From an uncultured Acidobacteriota bacterium (GTDB taxonomy: Bacteria > Acidobacteriota > Terriglobia > Acidiferrales > UBA7541), in assembly GCA_963795355.1 (NCBI GenBank), contig CAWCHM010000009.1:172932-236931 (forward strand): a DNA stretch of 64,000 nt, given 5' to 3'. The notes below the pieces were generated by a model. It made no database searches. It saw only the letters and a list, made by a program, of their open reading frames with translations, and was not told the origin of the DNA. Both the position numbers and the translations under genes were made by a program. This document shows, piece after piece, positions 62,494 to 64,000 of this stretch. Each line of letters opens with the position of its first letter. The first letter of the stretch is position 1.

Positions 62494-64000
62494 TTACTTC
62501 TTCGCTTCGATTTTCTCCGGCAGCGAAAACGCGTACATCGTATCTCCTACCGGCACGATGATGTATTGCCTCCCCGCCAGCTCATAGGTCATCGGGCCGG
62601 CGACGACGTGCTCGCCGACGTTGAGATGCCACACCGTTGCACCCGTTGTCGGATCGAGCGCCAGCAAATTTCCCAAGTGATCCGCGGTGAAAAGCAGACG
62701 CCCCGCGGTCGTCAAAATCCCCGCGGTATCTTCACCTTCGCCGAGTTCATGATTCCAGACAACCTTGCCGGTCCGATAGTCGAGCGCGCGCAGCGTCGAA
62801 TCCATATATAGGTTGCGGTCGCGCCCACCCCAACCCTCGACCTTACCTTCGATCGTCCGATAGAAAACGCTGATGATCCGTCGCGCCATCACGTAAACCA
62901 ATCCGGTCTGAGGATCGAAGCTTGGCGACATCCAGTTCGTTGCGCCATCGGAGCCCGGCTCGACAAGAGCGCCGTCCGGGGTTGGCGTCGCTTCAGGCCT
63001 CGCGATCGGCCGGCCCTTTGCGTCAACGCCTTTCGCCCAAGTCTGATCGATGAATTCGCTCGTGGCCAGATGCTCACCCGTTGTGCGATCGAGCAGGAAA
63101 TAAAACCCATTGCGACTCGCCTGCGCTAGAAGTTTGCGCTGCTTCCCCTTGTACTGCTCGTCGAGAAGGATCGGGGTCTGCACCGCGTCCCAGTCGTGAA
63201 CATCGTGCGGCGACGGCTGAAATGCCCACTGCAATTTGCCGGTGTCAGGATTAAGCGCAACGATCGAGCACGTATAAAGGTTGTCGCCCTCGCGGCTGTC
63301 ACCCACGAGTACCGGATTCGGATTGCCCGTGCCCCAATACAAAAGGTTCAACTCAGGGTCATAAGTGCCGGTCAACCAGGTCATGCCGCCGCCGTGCAGC
63401 AACGCATCGGTGTTGGGCCATGTTTCCGATCCTGGCTGGCCGGGATCGGGCTCGGTGTACCAGCGCCATTGCACTTTGCCCGTGTCGGGATCGACGGAAG
63501 TCAACACACCACGAATGTCGGTGGAGTCGCCTGAAACGCCGGCGATGATGTGGTCTTTGACCACAAGCGGCGCCATCGTCGCGAAATATCCGAGCTTGTC
63601 GTCGGCAAGAACGATATCCCACACGACTTTTCCATCTTTTGCCGTCAGGCAAAGCAGGTGCGCGTCCGACGTCGTGAAATAAAGACGATCTTTGTACATC
63701 GCGACGCCGCGATGGCCGATGTGATCACCGGCAACTTTGCGCTCGAAGTGCCAGATGGGCTGACCGAAGCGTGCGTCGATCGCATAGATATTGTCAGGGA
63801 CGGTGAAGTAGAGAATGCCGTTCACTTCGAGCGAAGTCGCTTTGATCGCTTGCCCATGCGTGCGGTAAATCCACGCCAGCGTAAGCTGGTTCACGTTGCT
63901 CGCGTTGATTTGATCGAGTGGTGAAAAGCGTCTGCCTGAATAGTCACCATTGTATGTAGGCCAGGTGTCGGTCGCTTGCTTCTGAAGCAAAGCCGACGGG
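62494..64000 (-). CDS. PQQ-propeller dehydrogenase-like protein ('acido-empty quinoprotein' type), 5' end outside the window
   Basis: WPTYNGDYSGRRFSPLDQIN, repeated Trp-docking motifs (GKVVW, TGKVQW, TGKLQW), GGGMTW...YDP, GTGNP and HDVHDWD. Confidence 0.88.
   Translation of the reverse strand, partial: PSALLQKQATDTWPTYNGDYSGRRFSPLDQINASNVNQLTLAWIYRTHGQAIKATSLEVNGILYFTVPDNIYAIDARFGQPIWHFERKVAGDHIGHRGVAMYKDRLYFTTSDAHLLCLTAKDGKVVWDIVLADDKLGYFATMAPLVVKDHIIAGVSGDSTDIRGVLTSVDPDTGKVQWRWYTEPDPGQPGSETWPNTDALLHGGGMTWLTGTYDPELNLLYWGTGNPNPVLVGDSREGDNLYTCSIVALNPDTGKLQWAFQPSPHDVHDWDAVQTPILLDEQYKGKQRKLLAQASRNGFYFLLDRTTGEHLATSEFIDQTWAKGVDAKGRPIARPEATPTPDGALVEPGSDGATNWMSPSFDPQTGLVYVMARRIISVFYRTIEGKVEGWGGRDRNLYMDSTLRALDYRTGKVVWNHELGEGEDTAGILTTAGRLLFTADHLGNLLALDPTTGATVWHLNVGEHVVAGPMTYELAGRQYIIVPVGDTMYAFSLPEKIEAKK

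Overview
A GC-rich bacterial window (roughly 60% GC by eye). It is probably from Acidobacteriota, inferred from lineage-typical families: a PadR-ADOP pair, a GWxTD protein, an 'acido-empty' quinoprotein and Oar-like TonB-dependent receptors. 1-27 kb is almost entirely minus-strand envelope and polysaccharide genes. From left to right: acyltransferase-3, a TylF-GT9 fusion, a methyltransferase, wzt (frameshifted) and wzm, a GT-C protein, an inserted PadR-ADOP pair, an epimerase with a CTG start, wzc, wza, an O-antigen-ligase-like protein, a TPR-CBM protein, a sigma54 response regulator with a PDZ-containing histidine kinase, a barrel protein and a GWxTD protein. 27.6-32.5 kb carries EcsC, a PCYCGC-type protein and the best candidate for an undescribed system: two exported paralogues with a conserved FA(A)GG site before a very hydrophobic tail, an exported stand-alone C39 peptidase, and a TPR-POTRA-beta-barrel protein. 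33-64 kb holds peptidases, two TonB-dependent receptors, a small catabolic operon, a FecR/DUF6600-type protein, a serine hydrolase, MEMO1, an adenosine deaminase, a frameshifted amidase, a cytochrome c fusion with DUF2165, and a partial quinoprotein. A second unexplained signal is non-coding. Three copies of a composite intergenic cassette each contain a REP hairpin, a near-consensus sigma70 promoter with no gene, two 26-bp sites 40 or 50 bp apart and a G-run, and each points at the 3' end of a convergent gene. I saw no rRNA, tRNA, CRISPR array, transposase or integrase. All family calls are from motif recognition by eye; no searches were run.
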